Shown one piece after another: positions 38,810-49,092 of a stretch of DNA of 64,000 nt. The stretch lies in the NCBI GenBank assembly GCA_038734945.1, contig JAVYOA010000002.1, positions 1 through 64,000 on the forward strand. Direction: 5' to 3'. This DNA comes from Fervidicoccaceae archaeon. GTDB lineage: Archaea; Thermoproteota; Thermoprotei_A; Sulfolobales; Fervidicoccaceae. The notes beneath the pieces were generated by a model. That model was given only the letters and a program-made list of their open reading frames with translations. It was not told the origin of the DNA and did not search any database. The translations under genes and the position numbers were made by a program. Each line of letters starts with the position of its first letter. Position 1 is the first letter of the stretch.

Positions 38810-39052
38810 CTAGAGCTTCTGAACTCTTATAGCTCCAACCGGACAAGATCCGGCTGCTTGTACGGCGCATTCATAGAGATCCTCGGGTATTTCTCCTTCT
38901 GAAAGTGAATCCGTCAAGTTAGTGGAGTACTTATCCACAACTCTGTTTTTGCCGTTATCGCTTCCAAGAACGAATACTTGCGGACATACTGTGGGAGCTA
39001 CACCACATGCTATGCATGTATCTCTGTCAACTGTTACCTTTACTTTTGCCAT
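38810..39052 (-). CDS. monocluster ferredoxin
   Basis: VDRDTCIACGVAPTVCP...CPVGAI. Confidence 0.85.
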   Translation of the reverse strand: MAKVKVTVDRDTCIACGVAPTVCPQVFVLGSDNGKNRVVDKYSTNLTDSLSEGEIPEDLYECAVQAAGSCPVGAIRVQKL

Positions 39053-39238
39053 TGAGTTCACCCAGATTATTTTTAAACTCGTTATATTTAAATATGCAAC
39101 AATTGTTCCGAAAGTTCACATTTAAAAGTAATATCTTTCTTAGAAAAGGGATTTTTGGAAAGAGATCTATTTTGAATTGATTTGGCAAACGAGTCTCTAG
39201 CATAAAGTATTTAAATAGAATATAGTTGCAGAGAAGAG

Positions 39239-39967
39239 CTATTTGTTGAATAGAGTATTCTCAAGATTTTTCAAGAATTTTATGTCTCCAGCTGTCGATA
39301 TAATGACGCCGCTAACAAGATCTTCTATTTTATCTAGCACATTCTTAACGGTTGAAGCATCATAGCTCGGCTGGGAAATTCTCTCTATTATGCTCAAGTT
39401 CTTCTCTGTTTTTATTATGATATATGGATAAAGCTCTATCTTCAATTCTCTGCCTCTTTCAGAAATTCTCTCGAGCTTTTCAATTTCTTCCATAGTCATT
39501 CTGAGGATCAGGAATTTTTTGAAGCCCAGTGATAGTCTCTCCAAAATTTTTTGCTCATCATATCTCATGCTTATAATTGCTCCCAGCTTTTTTTCCAATT
39601 TGTAGTTTTTTGCCAGGGATAGGGCCTCTTCGGTAGTTATCTGGCTTTTAAATCCTCTCTCATCCTTCTCACCGGAAGTAACAAAAACGGCATCAATCCC
39701 AGTTAGATTAGCTGCCGAAACAAGTGAAATGAAGGAAATTGGGTTGAGATCGCTCAGCCTAATATGAGAAAATATTTCAGCTTTGGGACACTGTTGCTTT
39801 AAAATGCTGCCTATGACAATGGAGTTTGCTGAGGGGATGCTGAGTGGAGATTCAGGAATGTCCACTCCTGAGAAGATTGATTTCTCCTCACATATGAGAG
39901 AGTTTGCCTGCTTTAGTCTCTTTTCCTCCTTTCCTAGCTCAAATGATAATTCGGCAAAAAGCTTCAA
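39239..39967 (-). CDS. methylenetetrahydrofolate reductase (MetF)-like protein
   Basis: VDIPESP..P, HIRLSDLN, VTSGE resemble the MTHFR barrel; divergent from the metE pair. Confidence 0.55.
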   Translation of the reverse strand: MKLFAELSFELGKEEKRLKQANSLICEEKSIFSGVDIPESPLSIPSANSIVIGSILKQQCPKAEIFSHIRLSDLNPISFISLVSAANLTGIDAVFVTSGEKDERGFKSQITTEEALSLAKNYKLEKKLGAIISMRYDEQKILERLSLGFKKFLILRMTMEEIEKLERISERGRELKIELYPYIIIKTEKNLSIIERISQPSYDASTVKNVLDKIEDLVSGVIISTAGDIKFLKNLENTLFNK

Positions 39968-40095
39968 AACTCCTTCACCTTTTCCTGTAATGTGCTACAC
40001 GTTTTTTGTGTAAGAAAGTATAGATATGAAATGCTTAAAAAGCTCATTATATAAGATACTAAGACTCAAGCAAGGAGGTCATTGAGGTAAAAGAA

Positions 40096-41079
40096 ATGAA
40101 GGTTGTTCTTAGCTTTTCCGGCTCATTTCCAAGAGACGAGGGTGTCGCAAAAATTCATTCTATGAGAAAATCAGGCGAAATAGATGATACATCATTCATT
40201 GACAAAATAGCAACAAAGGAGCTGAAGCTGTTGAATTTGCTTGAAGCTCTTGGCTTCTCGCAGAGCACTGATGGAATGCTATGGTCGGATGATATAATCA
40301 ATCCAGTTGTTTCCATGTCAAATGTAGGAGTTAATGGACTAGTAAGATTCTTCGATAACAATTTCTTTCTAAGAGCCCCCATTGTTAAAGAAAGTATATC
40401 GTTCAGGGAGGGAGAATATATTAATTGGATAATAAAGATCAGAGAAAAATTGAAAGAAAAGAACAAATTAGAGCTCAAAGTTGCATTTCCCGGTCCAGCT
40501 ACACTTTCTCTCTTCTCTCAGAATAGCTTCTATCCTTCAAGCAAAGATCTAGTAATTGCTTGGGGAGAGAGCTTCCTCTTTCCCTTGATAGAGAGGTTGA
40601 AAAAGGAGGGATTTTCCACATTTGAGATTCATGAGCCAGCCATGACAAGCAGGAGAACTAGCAGAGAAATGAAGCAGGCTGCTTCTGAGGAATTATCGAA
40701 TTTGTTTGAAAATTTCAAGACGAGCAACTTCATTTTACTAACTTACTTCGACCTCAGTTTGAGAGATTGGAATACTCTTCTGAAGGTCGTGCGACCAAAC
40801 TCAATATTAGGCATAGATCTTCATGTTAGAAATTCGCGGAAGGCTGTAGAAGCTCTCTCCGAAATTGGAGAAAAGAGAATTTACATGGGTGCTCTGAATT
40901 CTAGAAATCCGATTAGAGAGAGAGCCTCATTTATCAAGAAATGGATCTTCAGAGCTCGGGACCTTGGCTTCAATGAAATTTTTGTAGGAAACAACGCACC
41001 TATGGACTTTATACCTCCAAAGTGGGCGATCAGCAAGCTAAGAAAGCTTTCAAATGTGGTTTCAGGGATGAGGTGGTAG
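40096..41079 (+). CDS. split MetE, non-catalytic subunit
   Basis: GSFPR, RFFDNNFF.R.P, PGP, EIHEPA; no HxC/C zinc ligands. Confidence 0.75.
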   Translation: MKVVLSFSGSFPRDEGVAKIHSMRKSGEIDDTSFIDKIATKELKLLNLLEALGFSQSTDGMLWSDDIINPVVSMSNVGVNGLVRFFDNNFFLRAPIVKESISFREGEYINWIIKIREKLKEKNKLELKVAFPGPATLSLFSQNSFYPSSKDLVIAWGESFLFPLIERLKKEGFSTFEIHEPAMTSRRTSREMKQAASEELSNLFENFKTSNFILLTYFDLSLRDWNTLLKVVRPNSILGIDLHVRNSRKAVEALSEIGEKRIYMGALNSRNPIRERASFIKKWIFRARDLGFNEIFVGNNAPMDFIPPKWAISKLRKLSNVVSGMRW

Positions 41080-41081
41080 AA

Positions 41082-42101
41082 ATGGTGGAACTTCCTATTT
41101 TACCCATTTCTGTCATTGGTTCCTATCCAAAGCCAAAATGGCTGAGAGAGAGCATTAAGTTGAGGAAGGCAGGAAAAATAGAGGATTCCCATATGGAGGA
41201 AGCATATAGGGATGCAGTTTCCTCCGTAGTTAGAGAGCAAGAGCTGCTGGGAGTTGATATACCATCAGATGGGGAAATGAGAAGGGAGGAAATGGTAGAA
41301 TATTTTGCTGAAAGAATTGAAGGGTTCAAGTTCTTCGGAAACGTCAGAGTGTGGGGAAATAACTATTTCAGGAAGCCTGGAATTGTGGGTCCATTGAAAT
41401 GGAAGGGGCCTATGACAGTTGAGGAATATAAGCTTCTCAGAGAAGTCTCAACAGCAAAGGCTGTAAAGATTCCCATAACTGGACCTTATACCATAGCAGA
41501 TTGGTCCTACATAATATATTATAGGAGCAAGGAAGAAGCAACCTTCGAGTTAGCTAAAATTATTAACAGAGAGCTTAAGGAGTTAGAGGGAGCAGGAGCA
41601 ACATTTGTGCAAATAGATGAGCCCGCCCTAACAACACATCCTGATGAAATGGAGTGGGCAGTGGAAGCTATAAATGAGGCCGTTAGAGGAATTAACATGA
41701 AGATAGGCCTTCATGTTTGCTATTCTGATTACAGAATATTGAAACCGTTTTATGATCGATTGAAAGTATCTCAATTTGCCCTCGAGTTTGCAAATAGAGG
41801 ATTCAGCGATCTTGAAGTTGTAGAGGGACTAGGGGTGGAGCTCGGCTTTGGAGTTGTAGATGTTCATAGCAGAAGAGTAGAATCTCCAGAGGAGGTTGAA
41901 GCCGCTATAATGAAGGTACTGAAGTATGTGAAGCCTGAATGCCTCTACATTAATCCTGATTGTGGACTCAAGCTTCTACCTAGGAGCATAGCTAGAGAGA
42001 AGCTGAAGTCTATTAAGCTAGGTACTGATAGAGTTAGAAGGAAGTTAGCAGAGAATGGGAATGAAAAAACTATACTGACAAATACCCCGAAATGCCAATG
42101 A
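41082..42101 (+). CDS. metE: cobalamin-independent methionine synthase, catalytic subunit
   Basis: GSYPKP, DGEMRR, QIDEPA, LHVC, LEFA, NPDCG. Confidence 0.9.
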   Translation: MVELPILPISVIGSYPKPKWLRESIKLRKAGKIEDSHMEEAYRDAVSSVVREQELLGVDIPSDGEMRREEMVEYFAERIEGFKFFGNVRVWGNNYFRKPGIVGPLKWKGPMTVEEYKLLREVSTAKAVKIPITGPYTIADWSYIIYYRSKEEATFELAKIINRELKELEGAGATFVQIDEPALTTHPDEMEWAVEAINEAVRGINMKIGLHVCYSDYRILKPFYDRLKVSQFALEFANRGFSDLEVVEGLGVELGFGVVDVHSRRVESPEEVEAAIMKVLKYVKPECLYINPDCGLKLLPRSIAREKLKSIKLGTDRVRRKLAENGNEKTILTNTPKCQ

Positions 42102-42103
42102 TT

Positions 42104-42952
42104 TCATAGAATGGAATGCTTGGTCAGCTCTGATAGCTTAGCCATTCCCTCCCCATACTTTATTTTTCCAATGTAGAACTCTCCATTGTTTATTGGTATC
42201 CAGGAGGAAATATCATCATCATAATAGTAGTCGATTGCAGTAGAAGATGAAACGATCAAGCTGTTTCTCTCGTTCTTCAAGTATAGCCTGTAATAAGGTG
42301 CATGATCAGCATTTATAAAATAGCTTCCGAATAGAACCTGGATCTCTCCCTCTGCTATTAGAACTGCTATTAAATTCAGAGCTGACTTCACGTATTCTTT
42401 ATATCTTTTGATTGTACTTATATCGAAACTTTTCCCCAATTCCGTTGAGAGAGACTGACCTAGCATGAATGTATCGCTGTATCTATTAGCAACACCTTCT
42501 GGAACCAATGAGCCTATTTCTGAAACCAATCGCTCTTTGTCAACTGAGCCGTTGTGAGCTATTATGAGCTTTTCTCCTGTCCTAGTCGAGAACTCGAATG
42601 GCTGAACGTTGAATATGCTGACTTCTGTATCAGGAGAAGCTGCCCTCGCATGAATTAGATCAATGATGAATGGCTTGAAGTATTCAGAGTCGACGGAATT
42701 GCCGGGTATTATTTCAGGCTTCTTCACATAAATTGGGTGCATGTGCTTAATTATCGAATATGAGATGTTTCCGCTATCCAAGTATAAGGTTGCTCTTCCC
42801 CATCCATGCTTGTGTGAGGAGCCCTTAGGACCAAATATTCTCTTGGCATATGGATCATAATATGCAGAAGAAACAAGTGCACTCACCATTTTCTCATAGG
42901 TATTTATAGAATGAGTAGATGGCATTCCCATCATTGCTAGCATTCTGCACAT
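42104..42952 (-). CDS. class II glutamine amidotransferase (YafJ/EgtC-like)
   Basis: MCRM, H.HGWG, HARAAS, HNG, SDT. Confidence 0.85.
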   Translation of the reverse strand: MCRMLAMMGMPSTHSINTYEKMVSALVSSAYYDPYAKRIFGPKGSSHKHGWGRATLYLDSGNISYSIIKHMHPIYVKKPEIIPGNSVDSEYFKPFIIDLIHARAASPDTEVSIFNVQPFEFSTRTGEKLIIAHNGSVDKERLVSEIGSLVPEGVANRYSDTFMLGQSLSTELGKSFDISTIKRYKEYVKSALNLIAVLIAEGEIQVLFGSYFINADHAPYYRLYLKNERNSLIVSSSTAIDYYYDDDISSWIPINNGEFYIGKIKYGEGMAKLSELTKHSIL

Positions 42953-43065
42953 TTTAATGTTACCTCACTTCAACTGGAGTACGATTCTAAATTAGCTTTT
43001 CTCCTTTTTTTGATTTTGCTCGGGATCTTGCTTATTAATCCAGTATTCAGAATCTCTAACGTTGA

Positions 43066-43674
43066 ATGGTGCTAAACATGCAGATCTCTCAGGATTCAAT
43101 CATCCCTATTGTAGTCCAGCTTTATGCTGTGATGAATCCTCTTGTGGCGATTCCAAAGTTCCTGGAAGTAGTTGAATCAACTGAGGGAAGCTTTTTCAGA
43201 ATGGTTAATAGAGTATTTTTTGCCATATTATTACTTACGACTCTGTTCGTTTTAGGTGGAAACTATATTTTGAGCATTTTTGGAATTAGTCTTTCCAGCT
43301 TGAAGATTGCAGGGGGCATAATACTTCTGTCGGTTGCCATTGATACGCTGATAACGGGACATAAGCCCGAAAAGGTGGAAACAGGAGATCTGATCGTGGT
43401 TCCAATTGCTACCCCTCTAATAGTTGGTCCTGGGACAATGACTACTTTGATACTCCTCAGTGGGCTGAAAGGAATAGCAGCCACACTGCTATCCTCCTTC
43501 TTAGCATGCTTTCTAGTATACCTCACTCTATTGGCATCAACCTTCCTATCAAGATTACTGGGTCCTACATTTGTGAATGGATTGGGAAAGTTCATGTCGC
43601 TGATAATTGCTTCATTTGCTATAGAGATGCTATTGGGTGGACTGCAGAGCTATTTTCCCAAATTTTTTCAATAG
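43066..43674 (+). CDS. MarC family membrane protein
   Basis: MNPL, AGGIIL, VPIATPLIVGPG. Confidence 0.9.
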   Translation: MVLNMQISQDSIIPIVVQLYAVMNPLVAIPKFLEVVESTEGSFFRMVNRVFFAILLLTTLFVLGGNYILSIFGISLSSLKIAGGIILLSVAIDTLITGHKPEKVETGDLIVVPIATPLIVGPGTMTTLILLSGLKGIAATLLSSFLACFLVYLTLLASTFLSRLLGPTFVNGLGKFMSLIIASFAIEMLLGGLQSYFPKFFQ

Positions 43675-43769
43675 TACTTGGTGAAGTTGGAAAATAATTT
43701 ATTTATGCGAGTAGAAATTGAAAAAGCTAAATATAACTTAAATTGAACATAAAGAGATGATGATGACCG

Positions 43770-44426
43770 TTGAGGGAAGAAAAAGGTTGTGTGGGGAGTA
43801 TTTGCTGTCGATATATTCGCAGTGAAGAAAGCATAGAGAAGAATTACTTAGTTCTCCTCCATGGATATACGTTCAATAGCTTAGTTTGGAAAGAAATTGG
43901 ACTTCTGCAGAAATTGGAAGAGGAGAGAATTCCATTTTTCGCACTTGACATGCCATATGCTACAAGAAGCGAATGCACTAGAAGAACTACAGATGCGCTA
44001 ATGAACTTAACCTTTTTGGAGGATTCCATTGAGAAGCATCTGGGAGGAGTAGGTGCACCAATATTATTGGGTGCCAGCATGGGAGGCTATTTTGCTATCC
44101 TGTATGCTGAGGAGAGACCTGCTAGGGGGCTTATTCTTGTTGGTCCGGTTGGAACTGAGGAGGAAAAGGTGAGAATGAAAATCGGCAAAATCGATAGTCC
44201 AGTATATATAATACTCGGAGACAAAGATACAATAATTGATTTTGAATCGATAAAATCCTTTGCTTCTCTCGCAAAGAGATCGAAAATTGTTATTTATGAA
44301 TCCTCAGGACATCCTGCCTATCTCTATCAGAAAGACAGATTCATTAAGGATGTAATTTCCTTCTATAGAAAGAACAGCTATAGAGAGAGCTCAGCTGCTG
44401 AGAGATCTGAAGATTTCTTCCCTTAG
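43770..44426 (+). CDS. alpha/beta hydrolase
   Basis: LHG, GASMGG, GDKD, GHPAY. Confidence 0.88.
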   Translation: MREEKGCVGSICCRYIRSEESIEKNYLVLLHGYTFNSLVWKEIGLLQKLEEERIPFFALDMPYATRSECTRRTTDALMNLTFLEDSIEKHLGGVGAPILLGASMGGYFAILYAEERPARGLILVGPVGTEEEKVRMKIGKIDSPVYIILGDKDTIIDFESIKSFASLAKRSKIVIYESSGHPAYLYQKDRFIKDVISFYRKNSYRESSAAERSEDFFP

Positions 44427-44609
44427 CTTGTAGTCCTCCTCGGATGCCTTGGATATTATCACACCAGCATGCACTACAACATAATCCCCAACCTCTACAT
44501 CCTCAAACGAAGCATCGGCTTGTACAATGGCTCCTCCTCCTATGTCCACCTTTGCGATCTTCTCCTTTTCATCCTTGCTGATAACCCTGCCTATTATTCC
44601 AAGACACAT
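44391..44609 (-). CDS. hypC: hydrogenase maturation chaperone HypC
   Basis: MCLG start; VGDYVVVHAG. Confidence 0.93.
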   Translation of the reverse strand: MCLGIIGRVISKDEKEKIAKVDIGGGAIVQADASFEDVEVGDYVVVHAGVIISKASEEDYKLREEIFRSLSS

Positions 44610-44621
44610 CTTTGTTCCACC

Positions 44622-45653
44622 TCAGCATATTCTCGGCACAATAATTCCGGAAGGGGGATCCAGAATCCTGAGCCCCCCTATTCTAGTTCTAAGCAGGACT
44701 TCGCTTCCCTTCCCAGTAACTTCTCCTATGATTTCAGCTTCCGGGAATCCGCTCCTTCTCATCTCCTCTAGGAAGATCTCCGCTATCGAGGATTCTACAG
44801 CTATCACTGCTCTACCCTCACTTGCAAGTGAAAGAGGATCTATTCCGAGCAAATCCGAAATGCCTTTTACCCATGGTTTAATGGGAATCTTTTCCTCCAT
44901 GACCACGATTCTCACTCCATTCAGCTCTGACCAATCGTTTAAAACCATTGAGAGCCCCCCTCTTGTTGGATCTCTAGCAGCGTGCACAAAGCTTCCGAAT
45001 TTTTCAAATAGGGGGAGCAGGCTCATAAGAGGAAGAACGTCGCTCTTAGCATCCTCATTCAGCTCAAGGCCAAACTGATGTGCAGCTATCACAGCACCGT
45101 GTTCACCAATGCCTCCAGTCAATATGATTTTGTCCCCTATTTTTATTCTGTCATCAGTGATGGGTCTCTTTGTCAATCCTATTCCTGCTGTAGTTATTGT
45201 AAATCCGGAAATTTGACCTCTAGGCATTACTTTGAAATCTCCTCCAACAATCGCTACTCCAAGAGATTTGCTCTCTCTTATCATATCATCAGCAGCCTTT
45301 TTGAGGAGATCTATTTCAGTTCCTTCCTCTGCTACTATGGCATCGAGTATGGCTAGTGGGGTAGCACCAGAAACCACCAAATCGTTCACTGTTCCATCCA
45401 CAGCTAGCTTTCCAATGCTGCCACCTTTGAAAAAGATTGGCTGTATTGTAAAAGAATCTATTGTTATAGCTAAATAGAGATCTTCATTGATCCTTATGAA
45501 GCCTGAATCATCCATTATATCTAGGCCGATTATTCCTTTGGTTCTCCATGTTTTTGCAAGGGATATTGCCTCAGAAAGCAGATCTCTCACTAGTTTTTCT
45601 GTTTCTATGCCACCTGCTCCATCTGCCAGCGTGATATTTGATTTCTTCAGCAT
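44622..45653 (-). CDS. hypE: hydrogenase maturation protein HypE
   Basis: GTVNDL, GGDFKV, RDPTRGG, C-terminal PRIC. Confidence 0.95.
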   Translation of the reverse strand: MLKKSNITLADGAGGIETEKLVRDLLSEAISLAKTWRTKGIIGLDIMDDSGFIRINEDLYLAITIDSFTIQPIFFKGGSIGKLAVDGTVNDLVVSGATPLAILDAIVAEEGTEIDLLKKAADDMIRESKSLGVAIVGGDFKVMPRGQISGFTITTAGIGLTKRPITDDRIKIGDKIILTGGIGEHGAVIAAHQFGLELNEDAKSDVLPLMSLLPLFEKFGSFVHAARDPTRGGLSMVLNDWSELNGVRIVVMEEKIPIKPWVKGISDLLGIDPLSLASEGRAVIAVESSIAEIFLEEMRRSGFPEAEIIGEVTGKGSEVLLRTRIGGLRILDPPSGIIVPRIC

Positions 45654-45723
45654 GATTCTACTCCTCAAAATACACAAGAAAAATTAGGCTATACTCGTTA
45701 AAAAATCAAATGTGTGAGGAGCT

Positions 45724-46791
45724 TTGCTGGAAAGCGCTCTAAGCGAGATTCGAAAAATTGCTGAAAAATTGGGAAAAACCAAGATAATGAGCTTTTGTGG
45801 CACACATGAGCACACTATCGCTTCGAGCGGATTGAGAGCTGTTTTACCGGGCGAAGTGGAGCTAATACCTGGGCCAGGATGTCCTGTTTGCGTTACACCT
45901 GCCAGCATAGTTGATGAAGCCATAAGGCTTTCTTTGGAAGGAGTTGAAGTAATAACTTTTGGGGATGCTTTCAGGCTTCCCGGAAAAAAATGGATTAAAA
46001 GCGATTTTCCAAAGAGCCTGATGGAAGCGAAGCAGAGAGGAGGATATGTAAGAGTAATATATTCTCCATTGGAAGCGATAATAAATAGGAGCAGAGAGAG
46101 CGTTTTCCTTGCTATTGGTTTCGAGACAACTGTTCCTGCTACTGTGTCACTTTTGGAAAGAAAAAATAATGTTAAAATATTGAGCGCTCATAGGCTAACT
46201 CCCCCAGTCATGAAATACACGCTTGAAAAGCACGGTAGAGGGGGCTTAAGGGGAATAATAGCGCCTGGACATGTTTCCGCAATAGTTGGAGCAAAGGCAT
46301 GGGAGTTTCTTCCAAGGGACTATGGTATCGCAACTGTTGTTTCCGGCTTTGAGCCAGAAGATGTTTTAATATCCATTCTTGAACTGCTCAGGATGATTGA
46401 GAGGGACGCCCCTTCCCTGAAAAATACGTACAAGAGAGTGGTCAAATATGAGGGAAATTTGGAAGCTCAGAGAGCCATTGAAAAGTGGTTTGAGATATCC
46501 GATGCATCTTGGAGAGGTTTTGGAGTTATTCCAAACAGCGGTCTTGTCCTGAGGGAAAAGTGGAAAGACCTTGATGCTATGTGGCAGTATGGAATTAGAG
46601 CTGATAGAGATTCTGGCAGCGATAACCCTCCAGGATGCAAGTGCGCTGAAGTAACTCTTGGCATGAGCTTTCCAACTAGTTGTCCCCTCTTCATGAAAAC
46701 GTGCGTTCCCGAAAATCCATATGGACCATGCATGGTCAGCACTGAGGGAACATGCTACATATGGGCGAGGATGCTTGGAAGAAGAAGCTAG
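45724..46791 (+). CDS. hypD: hydrogenase maturation protein HypD
   Basis: CGTHE, GPGCPVC, GFETT, PGHVS, GPCMVSTEGTC. Confidence 0.95.
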   Translation: MLESALSEIRKIAEKLGKTKIMSFCGTHEHTIASSGLRAVLPGEVELIPGPGCPVCVTPASIVDEAIRLSLEGVEVITFGDAFRLPGKKWIKSDFPKSLMEAKQRGGYVRVIYSPLEAIINRSRESVFLAIGFETTVPATVSLLERKNNVKILSAHRLTPPVMKYTLEKHGRGGLRGIIAPGHVSAIVGAKAWEFLPRDYGIATVVSGFEPEDVLISILELLRMIERDAPSLKNTYKRVVKYEGNLEAQRAIEKWFEISDASWRGFGVIPNSGLVLREKWKDLDAMWQYGIRADRDSGSDNPPGCKCAEVTLGMSFPTSCPLFMKTCVPENPYGPCMVSTEGTCYIWARMLGRRS

Positions 46792-49090
46792 AAAAATCAT
46801 AGTTATAGGAATAGTTCAGGGAGTTGGCTTCAGGCCGTTCATATATAGATTGGCTAAGAGGCTTGGCTTGAATGGATATATAAGGAACTTGGGCGGAAGT
46901 GAAGTTGTGATCCATGCTGAAGGTGAATTGAATAGAATTCAAGAGCTTATACTGGCCATAGAGAGGAATCATCCTCCTAGGGCTGTGATTGAGAAAATAG
47001 AGGTAGAGGATGCAGAATTAGAGGGTTGGAAAGATTTCTTCATCCTTCCAAGCGAGGAGAGAAAGGAGGAGAAATCAGTAATACCTCCTGATATAGGGAT
47101 GTGCGATGAATGTCAGAGAGAGATCTTGGATCCATGCTCAAGATTCTATCGATACCCTTTTCACTCCTGTGTGAACTGCGGTCCTAGATATAGTATGATG
47201 ATTAAGCTTCCTTATGACAGAGAGAACACATCCATGTCACTCTTTCCACTATGTGAAAGATGCAGAAGTGAGTACGGAGATCCGAATAATGCTAGAAGAT
47301 TCTATGCTCAGGGAATTAGCTGTCCTATTTGTGGTCCTAAACTGAGCCTCCTCGATTCCTATGGAAGAAAAATCGACGTTGAGGATCCCATTCAAGAAGC
47401 TGCAAGCTTAATAAATGAAGGACATATAGTAGCTATAAAAGGCATAGGAGGATATCATATAGCAGTTCTGGCAACTTCCTCAGATGCTGTATCCAGGCTA
47501 AGAGAGAGAAAGAGGAGGATGAGAAAGCCTTTTGCCCTAATGGCAAGAGATATAGAAACTATTGAAAAAAATGCATACGTGGGAGAAATCGAGAGAGAAG
47601 AGCTTCTATCACCTTGGAGACCAATAGTTCTGCTAAGAAGGAAAGATGATAGCATAGTATCTCCAGAGGTCGCTCCAGGACTAAACACTTTGGGTTTCAT
47701 GCTTCCCTACTCACCTCTTCACTTTCTTCTGATGAGGGAAGTGAGAGATGGAATAGCTGTAATGACAAGTGCAAACATATCAGGAGAACCTACGTGCACT
47801 GATCTTTCATGTTTGCTTGAAAGTCTTGGAGACTCAATTGATTACGTTCTGGATCATGATAGGCCTGTATTCAATAGAGTAGACGACAGTGTGGTTAAAT
47901 TTGTTGATGGAGAAAAGGTCATCCTGAGAAGATCTAGGGGCTTTGCTCCTGCCTGGATTGAAGTTAAAATCGATTTCTTGAGGCCTGTAATAGCCCTGGG
48001 GGCATTTCTGAACAATGTTGGTGCAATCGCCTTTGATAACAAGGTCGTTCTAACGCAGCATATAGGAGACATGGACAGCTTCAGCTCGTTGCAGTTTCTA
48101 CTCTCTACAATAAATAGATTGAGCTCGTGGTATGGTATTCAGGGATCTCCATCAACAGTTGTCATGGATAAGCATCCAATGTATCCTCAAAACAGGCTCT
48201 ATAGAAATAGAATTCGCATGGAAATTATAGAAGAATTGAGAGTTCAGCATCACTGTGCCCATGCTCTTCAGGCTACAGATGGAGATTGGAATGATAGTCT
48301 TCTGGGATCGACGGCAATAGCGATTGATGGAACAGGCTATGGAGATGATGGTAATATTTGGGGAGGGGAAGTGCTGATGATAGAGAAAAGCGGATGTGAG
48401 AGAGTGGGTTCTCTCAGCGATTTCCCTCTAATTGGAGGGGATTTGGCGGTTAAGGAAGCAGTTAGGCCCCTGGCAGGGCTTCTTTTTTCCTATTTCGGAG
48501 AAGATGCCCGAGCATTGTTGAGGTCTTTCCGTCTAATGGAAAAAGAGTGGAAAGGCGATGGGGAGAAGTTGATTGATGTTCTAACAAACGGAAGATCTGT
48601 CTTTCCTAGTTCTTCAAGCTTAGGCAGGCTCCTTGACGCTCTCGGCTGTGCCCTTGGATTGAGATGCTATGCTGATTATGATGGGGAAATACCAATGATG
48701 ATCGAGGATTTTTCCTTGAATGGGAAAGATAGAGATGATATAGGCGTGAAAATAAGGAAGCAGGGATGTGAGAGAATCGATCTGGGCGAGGTTCTCTTAA
48801 AGCTCTCTGAGATAAAGGAAAGGGAGGAAGCAAGGGACTTTCTATACGCTCTTCAGCTTGAGCTTGGTAGAGCTTTAGGAAAAGTAGCTTCCAAATATTC
48901 TAGAAGTGGTATTGTTCTCCTTGGTGGGGGGGCTGCTGTGAACTCAATAATTACGAGAGGAATTAGGGAAGCAGTAAGCGAAGAGGGGCTCAGTTTGAGA
49001 TTTGGAAGAAAAGTTCCTCCTGGTGATGGAGGAATAGCTCTTGGTCAAATTATATATGCTGGGCTCAAGCAAAATGGAGTATTGGGTTAA
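46775..49090 (+). CDS. hypF: carbamoyltransferase HypF
   Basis: VQGVGFRP, two CxxC zinc fingers, KGIGGYH, QHH.AH, DGTGYG, GDGGIALGQ. Confidence 0.95.
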   Translation: MEEEARKIIVIGIVQGVGFRPFIYRLAKRLGLNGYIRNLGGSEVVIHAEGELNRIQELILAIERNHPPRAVIEKIEVEDAELEGWKDFFILPSEERKEEKSVIPPDIGMCDECQREILDPCSRFYRYPFHSCVNCGPRYSMMIKLPYDRENTSMSLFPLCERCRSEYGDPNNARRFYAQGISCPICGPKLSLLDSYGRKIDVEDPIQEAASLINEGHIVAIKGIGGYHIAVLATSSDAVSRLRERKRRMRKPFALMARDIETIEKNAYVGEIEREELLSPWRPIVLLRRKDDSIVSPEVAPGLNTLGFMLPYSPLHFLLMREVRDGIAVMTSANISGEPTCTDLSCLLESLGDSIDYVLDHDRPVFNRVDDSVVKFVDGEKVILRRSRGFAPAWIEVKIDFLRPVIALGAFLNNVGAIAFDNKVVLTQHIGDMDSFSSLQFLLSTINRLSSWYGIQGSPSTVVMDKHPMYPQNRLYRNRIRMEIIEELRVQHHCAHALQATDGDWNDSLLGSTAIAIDGTGYGDDGNIWGGEVLMIEKSGCERVGSLSDFPLIGGDLAVKEAVRPLAGLLFSYFGEDARALLRSFRLMEKEWKGDGEKLIDVLTNGRSVFPSSSSLGRLLDALGCALGLRCYADYDGEIPMMIEDFSLNGKDRDDIGVKIRKQGCERIDLGEVLLKLSEIKEREEARDFLYALQLELGRALGKVASKYSRSGIVLLGGGAAVNSIITRGIREAVSEEGLSLRFGRKVPPGDGGIALGQIIYAGLKQNGVLG

Positions 49091-49092
49091 AT

